Assembly: GCA_976551045.1 (NCBI GenBank)
Contig: CDPCPM010000106.1
Coordinates: 22,382,001 to 22,446,000 of the forward strand
Reading direction: 5' to 3'
Length of the DNA: 64,000 nucleotides
From: Glaucostegus cemiculus
Taxonomy: Eukaryota
Position 1 is the first letter of the stretch; each line of letters starts with the position of its first letter. The notes under the pieces were generated by a model. The model did no database searches, was not told the DNA's origin, and saw only the letters and a list, made by a program, of their open reading frames with translations. A program made the translations under genes and the position numbers. Positions 1 to 12,959 of this stretch are shown here, piece by piece.

Positions 1-1513
1 AAACAGAATGACACTGAAGGAAGCTGCAGAATGTGAGTTATTAGATGGCAACATGTTAAAGGTTATTGTCACCAATCAGCTTCTGAGTGGAGGAATAATT
101 GATAAACTCACTGGAGATCGAGTTCCACTCATTCAAGCAGCTAAAAATGGTCTGATCAGTCATAAGACGGTTGAGGAAATCCAGTCCCATGCAGGATCTA
201 TTGGTGAATATTTTTATCCTGACCTAGGCATTGCCACAGAGAAGGTAATTAAGCCAAATGTGCAAAGCACATCTTTCGAAGAGACGTCCTCAAATAAAGG
301 GAGTCAAATGTTAAGTCCAGAAATGGAAAAGGATGACCAAATGAAGATTAGTGATGAAAATTCAGAAGTCAGTCATAAAAACAAAACGCCTTTATCATCT
401 GAATTACTGTTAGAAAAAATACTTGATGCAAAGGATTCATTTCCTCAGTCTGTTGATGATACAAAGTACACATTACATCAGAATAAAGAAGAATTCGATA
501 CACCCGCTCTGTTTGCCCCAGAAGCAATAGTGTATGTGGACACAGAGACACATTTGAGCAATGTGGAGAGAATGGCTAAGAAAGAAGTGGAGCTTGATAA
601 TTACTCAGTGGACTGCTCTGATATTGTGGCAAATGTGCAGGATGTCTTTAATTTGGAAATGACTGATGCACAGCAATTTATGAAAGGAAAAGAGGATCAT
701 TCTGGTAATGAAATACAAATGGTGATTTCTAATGATGCAGAGGATAAGAGTGATCAAAGAGTCTATTTGACAATGGATCATGAAATGAGTGAATTTGAAG
801 CAGATGAAAGAAAACATACCTTTTCAAGTAGGAAAGGACTTTCCGATTATTCACAGAAGGAAGTTGAGGAATTGGCCGAACAAGAAATGATTGATGAAAG
901 TTCAGGAGGGAGCATGTTGAAAAATAAGGAAGATGGGGAAATGCTTCCAAAACAAATAAAGGAGACCTTTGCAAAGCAGGTTCATGAAAGTCCAAATGAA
1001 TTGCAGTCATTCGTTGAAATGGCCAAACATATTGGATATACTGAAGAACCAAATGGTAAAGTAAGGGAAGTGGAATGCCCAAGTGAAGATGGAAAATTAG
1101 CAGAAAAACTATCAGAAGTTGAAAATAAACTTTCAGGTATTAGAAAACCAAATGTGCCAGTTGTGCCCACAAAGAACACAGTTCTGACTGATAACCATGA
1201 AAATGTGGCAGTGCTTTCAGAAAGCAGGAAACCAAGTGCAGAACCCAACAAATTATTAGCCTTGAAGATCAATGAAGGGCATGATCCAATAAAAGCTGCA
1301 GAAGAACAGGGAAAAAATGAATTAACAGACTTGGACCAAAAAATTAATTCCAATTTTGAAGCTGATAATAAAAGTACCCAGGTGATGATAAACAAAGACT
1401 TTCTACAGAACCAGCGTGATGAACCAATATTTATGGCCTTGAATGAACAAGAACAGGTTATCAACGAAGATACTGAAAACAAGGACAAAACAGAAAAAGT
1501 AGCTGAAAAACAG
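1..1513 (+). CDS. MACF1: 3' part of the giant MACF1b-type exon: last plectin repeat followed by a long acidic, likely disordered linker
   Basis: Open frame from window start. Plectin-repeat motif LLSGGIIDKLTGDRVPLIQAAKNGLI. Donor CAG|GTAAGC at 1513/1514, phase 0. Confidence 0.88.
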
Positions 1514-4500
1514 GTAAGCACATTGCAGTACTCTTTAAAAAATTGGAATTATTTTTATACTTTCCGTCTTTTCACATACTTTGGTTCCTTCAAGCCATTT
1601 GAGAAGAATTTAGGATTTCCATGAAAGCTGTTCCCTACCTGCAGGTGGCCTGTTGTAACTTTCTCCTTTGAATACCTGTTTCTGAACTTAGTGATGAGTA
1701 TTCTTCTAAATATTATACAGTCAAATTGATGGCAGGTGATGAAATAGTCAAAGTAAGATAACTGATGGCTCCAAAGAATCTATTTACAGTTTACTGTACA
1801 ACATGGCTGCAGTGTTGCACTTCCCTAACCCATATGTTTTAAATAATTTTAGGCAACTTTGGTGTTTTAAATTTCTCAACAATGTAATATTGAGAATGGG
1901 ATGGCAGTATTAATATTTCATTTTCAAGTTTAATAAGGATCAACAAAGCCATCTGAAATGAGGTCTATCTTTAAATAAAGATGAACTTTTTTCTTTAATA
2001 TTTGCCTTGAAAAGTGACATTTTGTAACCTTGAAATGAAAACGTTTACTTTTGTTTCTACTTTTAATTTTAGGAAACTTGCATGAGTCTGCATACTGTAG
2101 GTAGAATTCAATTAAAACAGAAATTCAGGAAAGGGTTGAAGTTTCGGTCATTCTTTTCACCTTTGAATTTGCATTCTTGCAATTAAGATGATCCATGTGA
2201 GAGTTTTTTTACTGGTAGATCTATGGCATTACAAGTGAAATGGGTCTGATGACCTGAGTTGGGATTTGGTAAACAATGAACCGCAGTTAAACAGGTTTGG
2301 GGGAAATAAACTGCTTCATCAGCTTTGTTAACTTGGATTCAAATAAGCCATTATTCACTGATAAGATGCACATTGCTGTTTTATGATGAAGCTCTTTAAA
2401 TTTGTTATTCCGTGGCTAATACTTCATTCTGTGAAGGAAATACACAAGTGGCTTGGTTACATTCCATCATGTAAAAATTGAACTTGACTTCAACGAAGCC
2501 TTAAACAGGACAACTGTTTGGTCTGGTCCATGTTGGAATCAAAAAAGTTACCCTGCTCAGTTATTTCATCTGATTTTCAACAGTCTAAAACCATATTATT
2601 TGAGAAGATTAGGTGGCTAGAAAGCAAATAAGTTGCAGGGAATTGATGAGTTGGGGTGAGGATGGTGGGGGGTGGGGGGAATAAAGGAATAAAAATAAAT
2701 GTACATGCATTTCAGAAGTTTTTGTAAAAGTCTCTTAGTTTAAATAACTAAGTCAACTTGAAAGGGCCAACACAGGCATGAATGGCTGCCTCCTGTGCTG
2801 TAAGATTCTCTGATCAACATGACTCCGTCTGGACAGATCTCCCAGTGTCTGATTAAGGTTTATGTGAACATGCAGACTCTTGTAAATCGTGGACATAGTG
2901 TTCTGGGGATTGCAATAGGCTGTGTGCCATTTCACTTGGAATTCCACACAGTCCTCATGCTGAATTCATGCCAGTTCCTCCCTTTCTTCCATCTGTTCTT
3001 TGTGTAGATACTCTTATCTGCTTCCTCACTGCTTCCTATAATGTGTGTAAAATCTTTTCAAAATAGAAATTACCTTAAGTAGTTTTATTGTAACAAGCCA
3101 GTAAGGATTGAACAGTGGTGGGGATGAGATCAGAATTGTGGTGTTTTCAACATCTACCCAAAACTGAATTTTTGAGAAATCTGTACAGTGTTGTCTAAGT
3201 GAGAGATCTGATTGCATGCTTTTAGAGCAAGGCATTACCAGCAATTTGATGGAATACCAAGGAAAACAGAGCAATCAGTTGAGAGTTTAAATTACTTGGT
3301 CAGGAAATTTGCTACACAACCTTCATAAATATCCAAGAAAGTACAATATATATTTTTGGATCAACTGAGACAACCTTTGTGAAACCAGTATATTATAGTG
3401 TTTTTTACCCTTCTGGCAGGATAGCTTAATTAAAGCAGCCTTACACATAGTTATTGGCTTGAATTTGATGACTAAGATGTGATGCTTTTTGCCACTCCAA
3501 AGCTGGCCACAACATTGAAATTCTTACAAAATATTTGGTTTATTGAGGTCGAAAACATCATGGGCTGTATTTATCTGTTTTGGTAGCTTTTCTTTGCCAA
3601 GTTCCAAAGAAATCTTTCAATTTCATATTGTATTTGCAATAAATCTGCTCTTCTCATTTCCTCAAGTATGCACTCTTCTGTTTGACAATTATTTTACGTC
3701 TTCAATAATTTAATAACCAGGCTGTTTATTGCAGTCAGATGTCATTCATCATACTTGGGCTCAGACCCTTTTTTTTGAGTAATTTTTATTTTCCGTGGAA
3801 TATAAGCTTTGAGATCAAAGATTAATGCCCTTCATGATGCATCTGTCACTTGTGTTACCATGACCAGCTACTATATATCACCTCAAACAAACAGATTGAA
3901 GGAGGTAAAGGCTCTGAATTATGAATCTATCATTGTTTCATCAAGTAAAGAAAGGGAAATACAGAGGGAAAGAAAGAGTGGATTAAAAGAGAAAAGGAAT
4001 GTAAAAAGTAGAGTGTTTCTTCTCTGTACCCATTGACAATGTGAATAGACTGGCTTGAAAAGTTAATTTCAGTGAGTCAGCTGATAGTTGGCAATTGTCA
4101 ATACCTACCAAGCTGTGAAAGCATTCTTAAACTGGACTTGGTAAGTCCTAACTTCTTATAACTGCAGTTCATATTTATCAATTAAGCACATCAATTTCAT
4201 GTCATTTGGCATGGCTAAATAGTGAGTCTCTCATTTCTCTGAAGCTCTTGATAGATCAAGGCATCTTGGACATTAGCTTCCACATTTCTATATTTAACTC
4301 TGCATGTTTAGCAACAGAAAGTTTCTGTCTGATTTCTCCACAAACAGTGGTGAGCATTATTAGTGTCATGGCTATTCCTCCTGCAAAATCTAGTCCTGAG
4401 TTCCAGCCAGTGTTCCTTTGTTATTTTTCTGATGTGCTTTTCCTTAGTTTTACTCGTCCCTGCTGTCCTGCCAATGTCCATTTCTTACTTTTCTTCTATT

Positions 4501-5087
4501 TTCATTATAACTCCCTAACCTCTTTGGTGTTCCATCAAGTAATCTGCAGAGATTATTTTATGAAGTTCTCTTTGTAAATAGATTCTTGGCGATGCTTGGC
4601 TGTTTTCTTAGATTGACAACTATTTCAAAAATAAGTCATCCTTAAGAAGCCCCAGCCTGTGTCACTTTTAACCTAACAAGAAGCTGTACAATTGAAGTCA
4701 ACAGAGTTTTGGTCATTGATATGAGATTGACCCATGCTGCTTCCCTCTGTGTTTACCTATTTTTCTGAATAAAAATATGCAGATTAGGATCATATTGTGT
4801 TTGGACCCTGACTGTAGCTTTAACAGAATGAGGCATCATTCTGAGCATGAGAAGAAGTGATCCAAGGAAGTTGCTGTGTTTTTAAACATCTTAACTTGTG
4901 TCACCTGAAGGAATGGAAATTCCTCTTGGGGGTCAATGCCCTGTGTTGGGATCATCGCTCCTCTTTCTAAAAGCAAGACTCTTATGAACCAATATTTTCC
5001 TAGCTAGTAGTAGCCTGGCACTCAACATTGTGCTTGTGGACATCTTCCCCATCCATCCATAACAGATGGGCAACAAACAGGAGGAAG

Positions 5088-5690
5088 ACGCAAGAGACTG
5101 TAGATGCTGGAATCTGGAGCAACACTGTAGACACTGGAGGAACTCAATGGGTCAGGCAGCATCTATAGAATTAAATGGACATTCGATGTTTCGGGATGAG
5201 ACCCTTCATCTGGACTGAAAGATAAAGGGGTGATGGCTGGTATAAAAAGGTGGAGGAAAGAGGTTGAGTAAGAGCTAGCAGGTGATAGGTGGATGATAGA
5301 TGAGTGGGGAGGTGTGTGGTGTGATAGGCAGACGGAGGAGGGGAGAGTGGGGCTAGTGCCAGAAGCTGGGAGGTGATAGGTGGAAGTGACACAGGAGATC
5401 ATGGAATCTGATAAGAGAGGGAGGTGAGGGAGGCAAAGGGGAGTAACAGGAGAGGGGAACCACTAGAAGGAATGTATGGGTGATGGGTAGATGGAGAGGC
5501 TGGAGGAGGGGAAAGAGACCTGGTGATGGGGGCTGGGTAGGCCTGGAGGAAAGAGAAAAGGGACACAGGGAGGCAGCTACCGGAAGTTAGAGAATTAAAT
5601 GTTCATGCTGCCAAGTTGTAGGCTACCCAGGCGGAATATGAGGTGCTGTTCGTCTAGTTTGTGTTTAGCCTCAACTGGGCAACAGACAAG
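5088..5690 (-). mobile_element. Penelope-like retroelement 3' fragment (GIY-YIG C-terminus plus 3' repeat with hammerhead-like motif)
   Basis: The minus strand of about 5580-5675 reads EAKHKLDEQHLIFRLGSLQLGSMNI*FSNFR, a typical Penelope endonuclease tail. It is followed by a pyrimidine-rich UTR and the elasmobranch repeat end gatgctgcctgaccc..ttcctccag..ccagattccagcatct. Confidence 0.75.
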
Positions 5691-5879
5691 GTTTGCGCAG
5701 ATGAGTCCCAGGAGTTAAAATTTCCCAGGTTTTGTGACGCTGAAGTTTAGGAGATAAGACATTCCTTCATGCCTTACTTGAGCAAATCTAGTTTGGGTCT
5801 TATAATAGAGCCTTCACAGTTATCATAGGCAATCAATAAAATGTTGTCCCATCGTGCAATTGGAGCACAACAGTAATGC

Positions 5880-6350
5880 CCCCTCTCTCCAGTCAGCAAA
5901 ATCCAACCCCTCCAATTACCATCCCAATCATCCACAGTGCTCTCAACCTGCTCGTCAATGCTCAGTTTGAGCTCCTCCAGAGCTGCTTGACCTCGTACTA
6001 CTTTACTGCTCTGACCAACTCAAGGTCTCATACTCTGTTCCAGAAGTAAGTTGGGATTGAATGTCCTGGATAGGAAAGCATCATGTAAAGCATGGAATTC
6101 CAGCAAACAGTCAAGTCTCACCCATGAGTGAGGTTATACTTGCAGAAAGGATTGGAAACATCACCTCAGCCTCAGGATAATGCTGCAGGAGTTCCTCAGG
6201 CCAGCATTTTAATCACAACTACCTGCATTGGGTTCTTCAACAACCTTCCTTCTGTCTTACTGTTAGAAGTGGTATGTTTGCTGATGACTAAAAGGAGTTC
6301 TGCTCAATTCATAATTCTGCAGATAAAGATGTACTTCATTTTATGATTCT
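5880..6350 (+). mobile_element. Decayed LINE (CR1/L2 group) reverse-transcriptase fragment
   Basis: AGVPQASIL...FFNNLPS and atgtttgctgatgac (MFADD) RT motifs, interrupted by frameshifts. Confidence 0.7.
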
Positions 6351-6667
6351 AGCATTCATTATCTTCGCCAGCTTCCTGAGGATCATGGTTACAACAAAGG
6401 AATAGCAATTTTATGTCCAAGTCAAGATGGTATTAGATTTTCAAAGGATATTCCTTTGAAACTGAAGTGTTATCCTTAAGAGCGTCTGAAGCAAACATGA
6501 TAAATTACTGCCATACTTCCCGCAGATTGTATAAACTATAGACTCTGAGGCATTGAATAGGGTGTTGAGCAATAAACATTTAGTCTGGTGACAAGTGAGG
6601 TAATGGCTGAACTGTTCTTCCTTGTACTGCTGAACTTGACTGAACTTCAACCTTTTGCCCATCCAGT

Positions 6668-6908
6668 TGAGCACCATAGCATAGCAGTTAGCACGACGCT
6701 GTTACAGCGCCAGCGATCGGGGTTCGATTCCCGTTGCTGACTGTAAGGAGTTTGTACGTTCTCCTGTGTCTGCGTGGGTTTCTTTCGGGTGCTCCAGTTT
6801 CCTCCCACATTCGAAAAGACGTATGGGTAGGTTAACTTGGGGGTTTAAAATGAGCGGTGCTGACTCATTGGGCCAAAAGGGCCTGTTACCACTCTGTAAA
6901 TAAAAAAT
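6668..6908 (+). mobile_element. tRNA-derived V-SINE (HE1-like)
   Basis: B-box ggttcgattcc, V-domain ggagtttgtacgttctcc..gcgtgggtttc..gggtgctccagtttcctcccaca, and an A-rich tail. Confidence 0.85.
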
Positions 6909-7109
6909 TAGAATTCCAACACATTTCTGATCTGAATCATGTAGGTAGGCGTTAAAGGATCATGGAACAAAATTAGTTACTCTTCATCAAGTATCTAGCT
7001 GTTGGCAAATTGTAAGGTGTCAGTGATGATGTAATTGAAAGTCAAGACACGATGGCAAGGTTTTCTTTGGTTGGAGATGATCACTAACTAGTATTTGTGC
7101 AACACAAAT

Positions 7110-7340
7110 GTCGGAATCAGGTTTATTATCACTGACTTGTATGTTGTGAAATTTGTTGTTTGTGGCAGCAGTACAGTGCATAGACATAAAATTACTGTAA
7201 CTTACAGAATAAATAGTGCAAAACAAAAAGAAATAATGAAGTAGTGTTCATGGACCGTTCAGGAACTTGATGGCAGAGGGGAAGAAGCTGCTCCTGAATC
7301 ACTGAGTGTGGGTCTTCAAGCTCCTGTACCTCCACCTCCT
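7110..7340 (-). mobile_element. Rex1/Babar-type LINE 3' end
   Basis: The minus strand encodes a RYRSLKTHT..FRSSFFPSAIK-like RT tail and ends in gataataaacctgattc. Confidence 0.65.
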
Positions 7341-8447
7341 TCACGTACCAGTGATCAGCCGAAGCAAGAATGATTGCAGAGTTCATGATGGAGGGTGACC
7401 CGAACAGTTTTATTTTTGAAAGCGTTGTTAATGGAGACAAACACTGGAATTATGGTGATCATTGGAAGCTGAAGATGGTTTACAAAGCAGTTTGTGTCAG
7501 GAACGGTGTTTTTGATGCCATTGTTTGGTCTGATTGCTGTTCCTCCTTTCACCTGTTACTTCAAAACTCTCCCCACTCAACTTGTGACCATTTTATTTTC
7601 CTCACCTCTGTACTCACATCCGCACTGCATGGCTCAAACCTGTTATCATTTGCTCCTGAAAATGCAGGCAGTCTGACCTCGACAACTGCTGCTGAACCTG
7701 CAATATTGCTCTCTTTTCCTGCGTCCATGAAATGAATGGCACCACTGTTCATTTTGCTCATCACTCCCTGTTTCACTTCCTTCAATCTTTTTTCTGTGTT
7801 CTGTGCATCACTAAAATTATCCTGGAGAAACATTGGTAATTAATGAAAGTGGCTTCAGCACATTGTCCTTCCTGTCTCCTTTGCCCCTCTGTGACATTTC
7901 AGTGCACTTGCACTTTTTCCTGTGTCCCTCCAGGCAGATTACCTCCAATAATGGCTTCTCTTTCTAGCATCTTGACTCTGTTTTTGATCACCATTCAGTT
8001 GTGTTAGATTTACTTTATTCCTTCCTTTTTGTAGCACCTTGAGATTTTCCTGTGTTTAAGATACTGCCTGTGTGTAAATTGTAATCTTACAGCTTTGATT
8101 GTTTTTACATTATTGCGTCCAGTATTCCATGTCCTTATGATTGCCCTCTGGGAACAGAACGGTGAGCACATTGATATGTGGAGAATAAATTCTGTTGAAA
8201 GATCATACCAGTGGTAGAAATTTATGTTTCCACCTTTGTCAACCTACTGAGAAGTATTCATTAACGTAGGGCAAAATAGTCAATATGGCTACACTTATCC
8301 TGAACTTGTGCTTACTGCTGGTATTTTGTATGAGCACAGATCAATTAGCATTGCAGTAAAGAAAATCTATACAAAGTAAGATTATTTCAATCGAATCCTA
8401 TGAAATATTAATTTTAGATTTTTTTTTCTTATTGCCTGCATCACCAG

Positions 8448-8597
8448 CCTTTGTATAGTAAGCAGCAATGCCTAGAACACGATGAGAATCTTGTTTCTTA
8501 CCTCTCTCATGTGCTGGATATTGAAGTCAGACTGAAGCAGCAAAAGCCAGTTGGTCCCAACCCTGCAATGCTTCTTGAACAGTTGCACTTGGCAGAG
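8448..8597 (+). CDS. MACF1: MACF1 exon (PLYSKQQCLEHDENLVSYL...LAE), 150 nt, phase 0-0
   Basis: Acceptor tcaccag|CCT, donor GAG|GTTAGT. Matches human CLEHDEKLVSYLSLLRNIEMR. Confidence 0.9.
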
Positions 8598-8777
8598 GTT
8601 AGTGCATTATGTTTAATAGTTTTAGAATTATTTTTATTTAGCAGCACTGTATTCTTCATTGGACCTAAACCTTAAGGTTTGTTTGACCTTAGTGGTTCAA
8701 CATTGCACTTTATTTATTTGTTTTGATTTCTGATTTTTGTCATAATTGAAAAGCTGATGTCTTTCGCACTGTTTTAG

Positions 8778-8993
8778 GGTTTTGAAACAGAACTCGAGAA
8801 GCTATCAGTCCAGATTGATCAAGAGCTGATATTGGTTAATGAGATACTTGAAGGATGCACGCAAAATGTACCCAATCAATTACTGAAGGCACTTGAGAAA
8901 GACTCAAAAAGCTTGCAGATATCATTTACCTCAGTGCGTGAGGTGTCAAAAACTTGGCATGGAGTTTTGACAGACATACTGGCAACCAAGAAG
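8778..8993 (+). CDS. MACF1: MACF1 exon (GFETELEKL...VPNQLLKALEKDSK...ATKK), 216 nt, phase 0-0
   Basis: Acceptor gttttag|GGT, donor AAG|GTAAGC. Matches human VPAQLLKALEKDAKNLQ. Not in the ORF track. Confidence 0.92.
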
Positions 8994-10289
8994 GTAAGCT
9001 AAGTGAAAGATGGAATTTTAAGGTCTTCTTATATTTATTTAGTGGTCTCCCTTCCTTTATCTGTATTATCCATGATCAGAGTATGGAATTAAGGTATGTA
9101 CTTGGTTAGTTTGCCTTCAATAAAACCTGTGAAGGATAACAAGTAAACAAATGTAAAATATTATCTGTGTTCAACATTGGGATAAATTGGTGCAAATCCA
9201 GCGCTTATATTGGCACTTTCTGAATTACCAGTTAAGATCATGTTATTCGACTATTAGATTCTGTGAATGTTTGTCTGAATCAATCTTTGACCAACTTTAG
9301 TAACCAGAATTTGTGATAGTTCATTAACATCATAATATTAATCCTCGATAAATTGTTTTTCCTGGAATTGAGACCAAATTATGCTTGTGTTTTGACTCTT
9401 CATCTGATGAAGCAGTTGCCTTTTAGAGGTAGTAATCTATCCCCAAGATATGGTATTAATATCTTGTAATAACTGAAGCACATTTGGCAATTATGTTAAG
9501 TGCTTTTTTTTTGTATGACTGTGTCCTAAAGCAAAGATATCAGAGTAAATCAGTTAAAATGAGAAGAAACAAATAGGAAGAAACATAGAAAGATAAAATG
9601 CTGGCTTTTTTCTGTTATGAGTAGAGAATAGCTTTTTCAAAAGCTCCTTGGATCAGTTTTAATTTGATAGGTGTTCACATTATAGCACCAACCTTGTGAT
9701 ATCTTTAGTTTATTTCCTATTGATGAAATAGTTGCCGTAAAACTAAGCTTTGATCAATTTTCCAACATCTGGGCACAATATGTTACATTTAAATCTGTAC
9801 CATTGCCAAAATGATGACAGCATTATTTCAGCACAATAAATAATTCAACATCAATCATAAAATATACACTTGTTTAGTCAGAAAAGTGAGCATTACGTGA
9901 GATTAGATAACTCTTTTCTTCAAACTGCTTCCTTTGTAACTCTAAAATCAAAATCTGTATTCATGAATGAGAGTGCAATTATTTTAGTTGGTGTAGATTA
10001 AATGGGCTTGTTAAGTAACCTGAAAAGTACCTGAACTCTTTCATGAAATTCAGTGATTAGTATCCGTGTCTGCTAATGCACTTGACTTGGCAGAGTTTTA
10101 TCAGTAATCAGACCACTAGGAAGATTATCGGAAGCAAAATTCAACAAAATTGACTTGATTTGTTATATTGCGATTAATTTAGCGGAGAAAAAAGAATGCC
10201 TTTAGTATTTATGTAAAGCAGTAGGCTTCTAATCTGGGATTTCATTAATAGATTGGTAATGTCCAGTTAATCTGTTTCCCGTTTGATTG

Positions 10290-10470
10290 ATTGATAAAAG
10301 TGTTGGCCAAGACTTTGGGGATTATTCCCCTTCTCTTCAAGATCTTTGAGAAAAGTCGGGGCTTCAATTTTAAAATCTGTCTATTTGATGGTATCTCTTG
10401 AGTAGAAGTCACTCTGAACTGCAATGTTAACCTAGATTTTTAAGGAGAGCATGAACCCTTGAGTTTTAAT
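10290..10470 (-). mobile_element. Decayed DeuSINE (SacSINE1/AmnSINE1-like) fragment
   Basis: gttggccaagac..ggggat..ccccttctcttc and gggcttcaattttaa..atctg resemble the reverse complement of the Deu domain. Confidence 0.45.
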
Positions 10471-12959
10471 TGGTTACTTGCTGAAGGACAATGTTCAGCA
10501 AAGAGGAGATGCTCATTTTCCAATAAATAATTTAGGAAAGTAAATAGCCAAAGATTAAATTGAGTACTGGAAGTATACAGTGCTATAATTCTTTTATTTC
10601 CATTCTAAAGTATTCACTGAGTACGAGTAGCTCCAAAAGAAACAAGTAGCATTTAGAGACTTCAAAACTGACATTACGCCATCTGTGTATGAATTGGAAT
10701 CTGAGACACTGGTCCTAAACAGAATCGGCAGCATTAAAAAGTAAGCGACTCATTTCAGATTAGTTCACAAATAAATAATTACTAGGCAGTACATTGCTCA
10801 CTGGAGATTCTTTGCAAAAAAATGTGATTTTTGGTAAAATATAAATTTGTTTTTTAGCAGATGATTCTCTAACTAAAATATTTTATTCATAAGAACATCA
10901 TTTCTTGATGAAGCAGTAGTTCAAACCAAATCCAAAAGGTACTGTATATTGGTCAAAAATTAATGTTTCAAAGATAGGAGGGATGCATTTACCTCTTGGA
11001 AATACCCAACTTTTTTTTTCTTCTTTGCTTATTTCCAATGCAAAGTTTCCAGCTGTGTCTCTCTTTAAGTTTCAGAAAAGCAATTTATTCTTCACCCCTG
11101 CATTGCAATGAAATTTAAATTTCTGGATAACTATCCTTAACCTTAAATTTATCACATCCTTTCTGAAGATGTAACAAACACTATTCCAATTGTGGTCTTA
11201 AAAACGTATTATTCAGAACTTGTTTTACATTAGACACCCTTGAGGCTATCTAAAACTTACTAGGATGTGTTCATGTCAATTTTTTTTTGTTGAATGTATG
11301 TTTTTGATGAATAGTTAACTATTGGATTTGAGTCCTTCTCCAGGTTTTATTAAAAAGTATGTATATTTAACATTTATTAAATGACATGCAGCTTGCATTA
11401 ATTACTCCAGCATTTTGTGTCTGTTTAATATGCTTCAGGTCCTTTTGAATGATTACATTCTTCACTTTGACCTCATAACTTGGAATCTTCAAATTCTATA
11501 ATTTACTTTCAGTATTCATGAATAACATGTATGTGAGCTAATTTAGAATAAATTCCACTATCCCTGTCAGAGATTGTGCCGTATAATTTTTTGTCAAATT
11601 ACATCCCTGTCCCTTTGATTAATGTGTTTGTAATCCCATGGTCTTTAACTGTCTTTGAAGGGCTCACAGGGAACTACCAACTGGTTTCTTAATTTACAAG
11701 TAAAATAGCTATTGTGTTAAATAGCCAACCATGAAGCAACAAATCAATATTTTGGATATAAACAATGGTAAAGTCTTGTTAAGTGCTGAAATATTTTTTC
11801 TCACTAAGTCATATATTAAAGTCTTTAATTCATTGTTTTATCTACTATTTGAAAAGCAGGATGATATTTGCTATCCATTATACCCAATTTGAAGGTTGTT
11901 TTTATGAACCTCCTGCAAATATTAACCAGAATTTTGTATACTTTGCTCTTGTATCCTGGACTTTTAACAAGATCTTTCTCAAGCAAGAACCTTAAGTATG
12001 CGAGAGACTGGAATCAATAAAATGAGAGTGAGATTATGCAGAATTCCAGCATCAATTTATTTCAATGCTATGGATTACTTTCATTGAAGTAGTTAGTTAT
12101 AGAATTTGTTCATGATCTTCAATAGTTATTTAAATAACTTCATAATGTTGTCATTTCCTGATATGTTAAAGAACTTGTGTGGATTTTAAACACCTTCTAA
12201 TCTGCTCACATCACCAGAATTAAAGTAGCATTAAAAAAATGCTATTGTTACAGATCAGCAAGCATCATTCTCGTTTGATTTCTGCCAAAATCACACTTTA
12301 GTCCTTGGGCCAAAATTTGTTCTGGCAAAAGTCATGAAGAATCATTTTTTGTTTTCATATCCAGCTTTGAAAATAATTGCTAATGTTAGCTGCACTGATA
12401 TCACTAGTTTCCAATTCACTTGCAAGTCCTGGTAGATTGCTAAATGCTAAAGATTAATAGTGCTGGTTTCCAAGAACCCTGCCTTGGTTAGTATGCACTT
12501 AACTAATTTAATTGCATTCTCCTATTAGGGATACCTCGCTATCTATTTTGCATACTAGTTTCTTCAGAAACTCAAAATAAAAATCACAGATGATCACAAT
12601 TTTGTAGCTTCTAGGTGCAGTACTGATTTTGAATTTAAGTGGAAGCCAGGAAGACACAGCAATTCCCTATGAGCTGATCACCTACGTGAGGCACAGGGTT
12701 AGAAATTGGTAATGTGTTATTCCAATACCTAAGTGTGCCAAAATAAGACTTTGGTATTTAAATGAGATTTTTATTCTAAATATATGGAATTCCTTTACAA
12801 TTATATAATTTATTGAGCTAAAATAACTGGCTTTGGAGGTGCTGTGACACCAACAAAATATTTTTGTTAATGTCCTCGTTATTTAATTCAATAACAAAAT
12901 GCAGATGTAAGTTTTGCAATTTGGGATTTTAACATGTTATTTTTTTCTCCCTTTTCTAG

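Noticed and set aside
982-1521. 179-aa antisense ORF and other minus-strand ORFs over exons (e.g. 44012-44284, 46781-47002)
   Set aside because: These are shadow ORFs of the purine-rich coding strand, with no independent gene signals.
6668-6745. tRNA gene (A/B-box-like sequence)
   Set aside because: It continues directly into the V-SINE body and has no complete cloverleaf, so it is a SINE head.
10631-10740. Open stretch ending in AA|GTAAGC as a candidate for the missing exon
   Set aside because: It is 110 nt (frame-shifting), has a poor acceptor and shows no similarity to the expected peptide.
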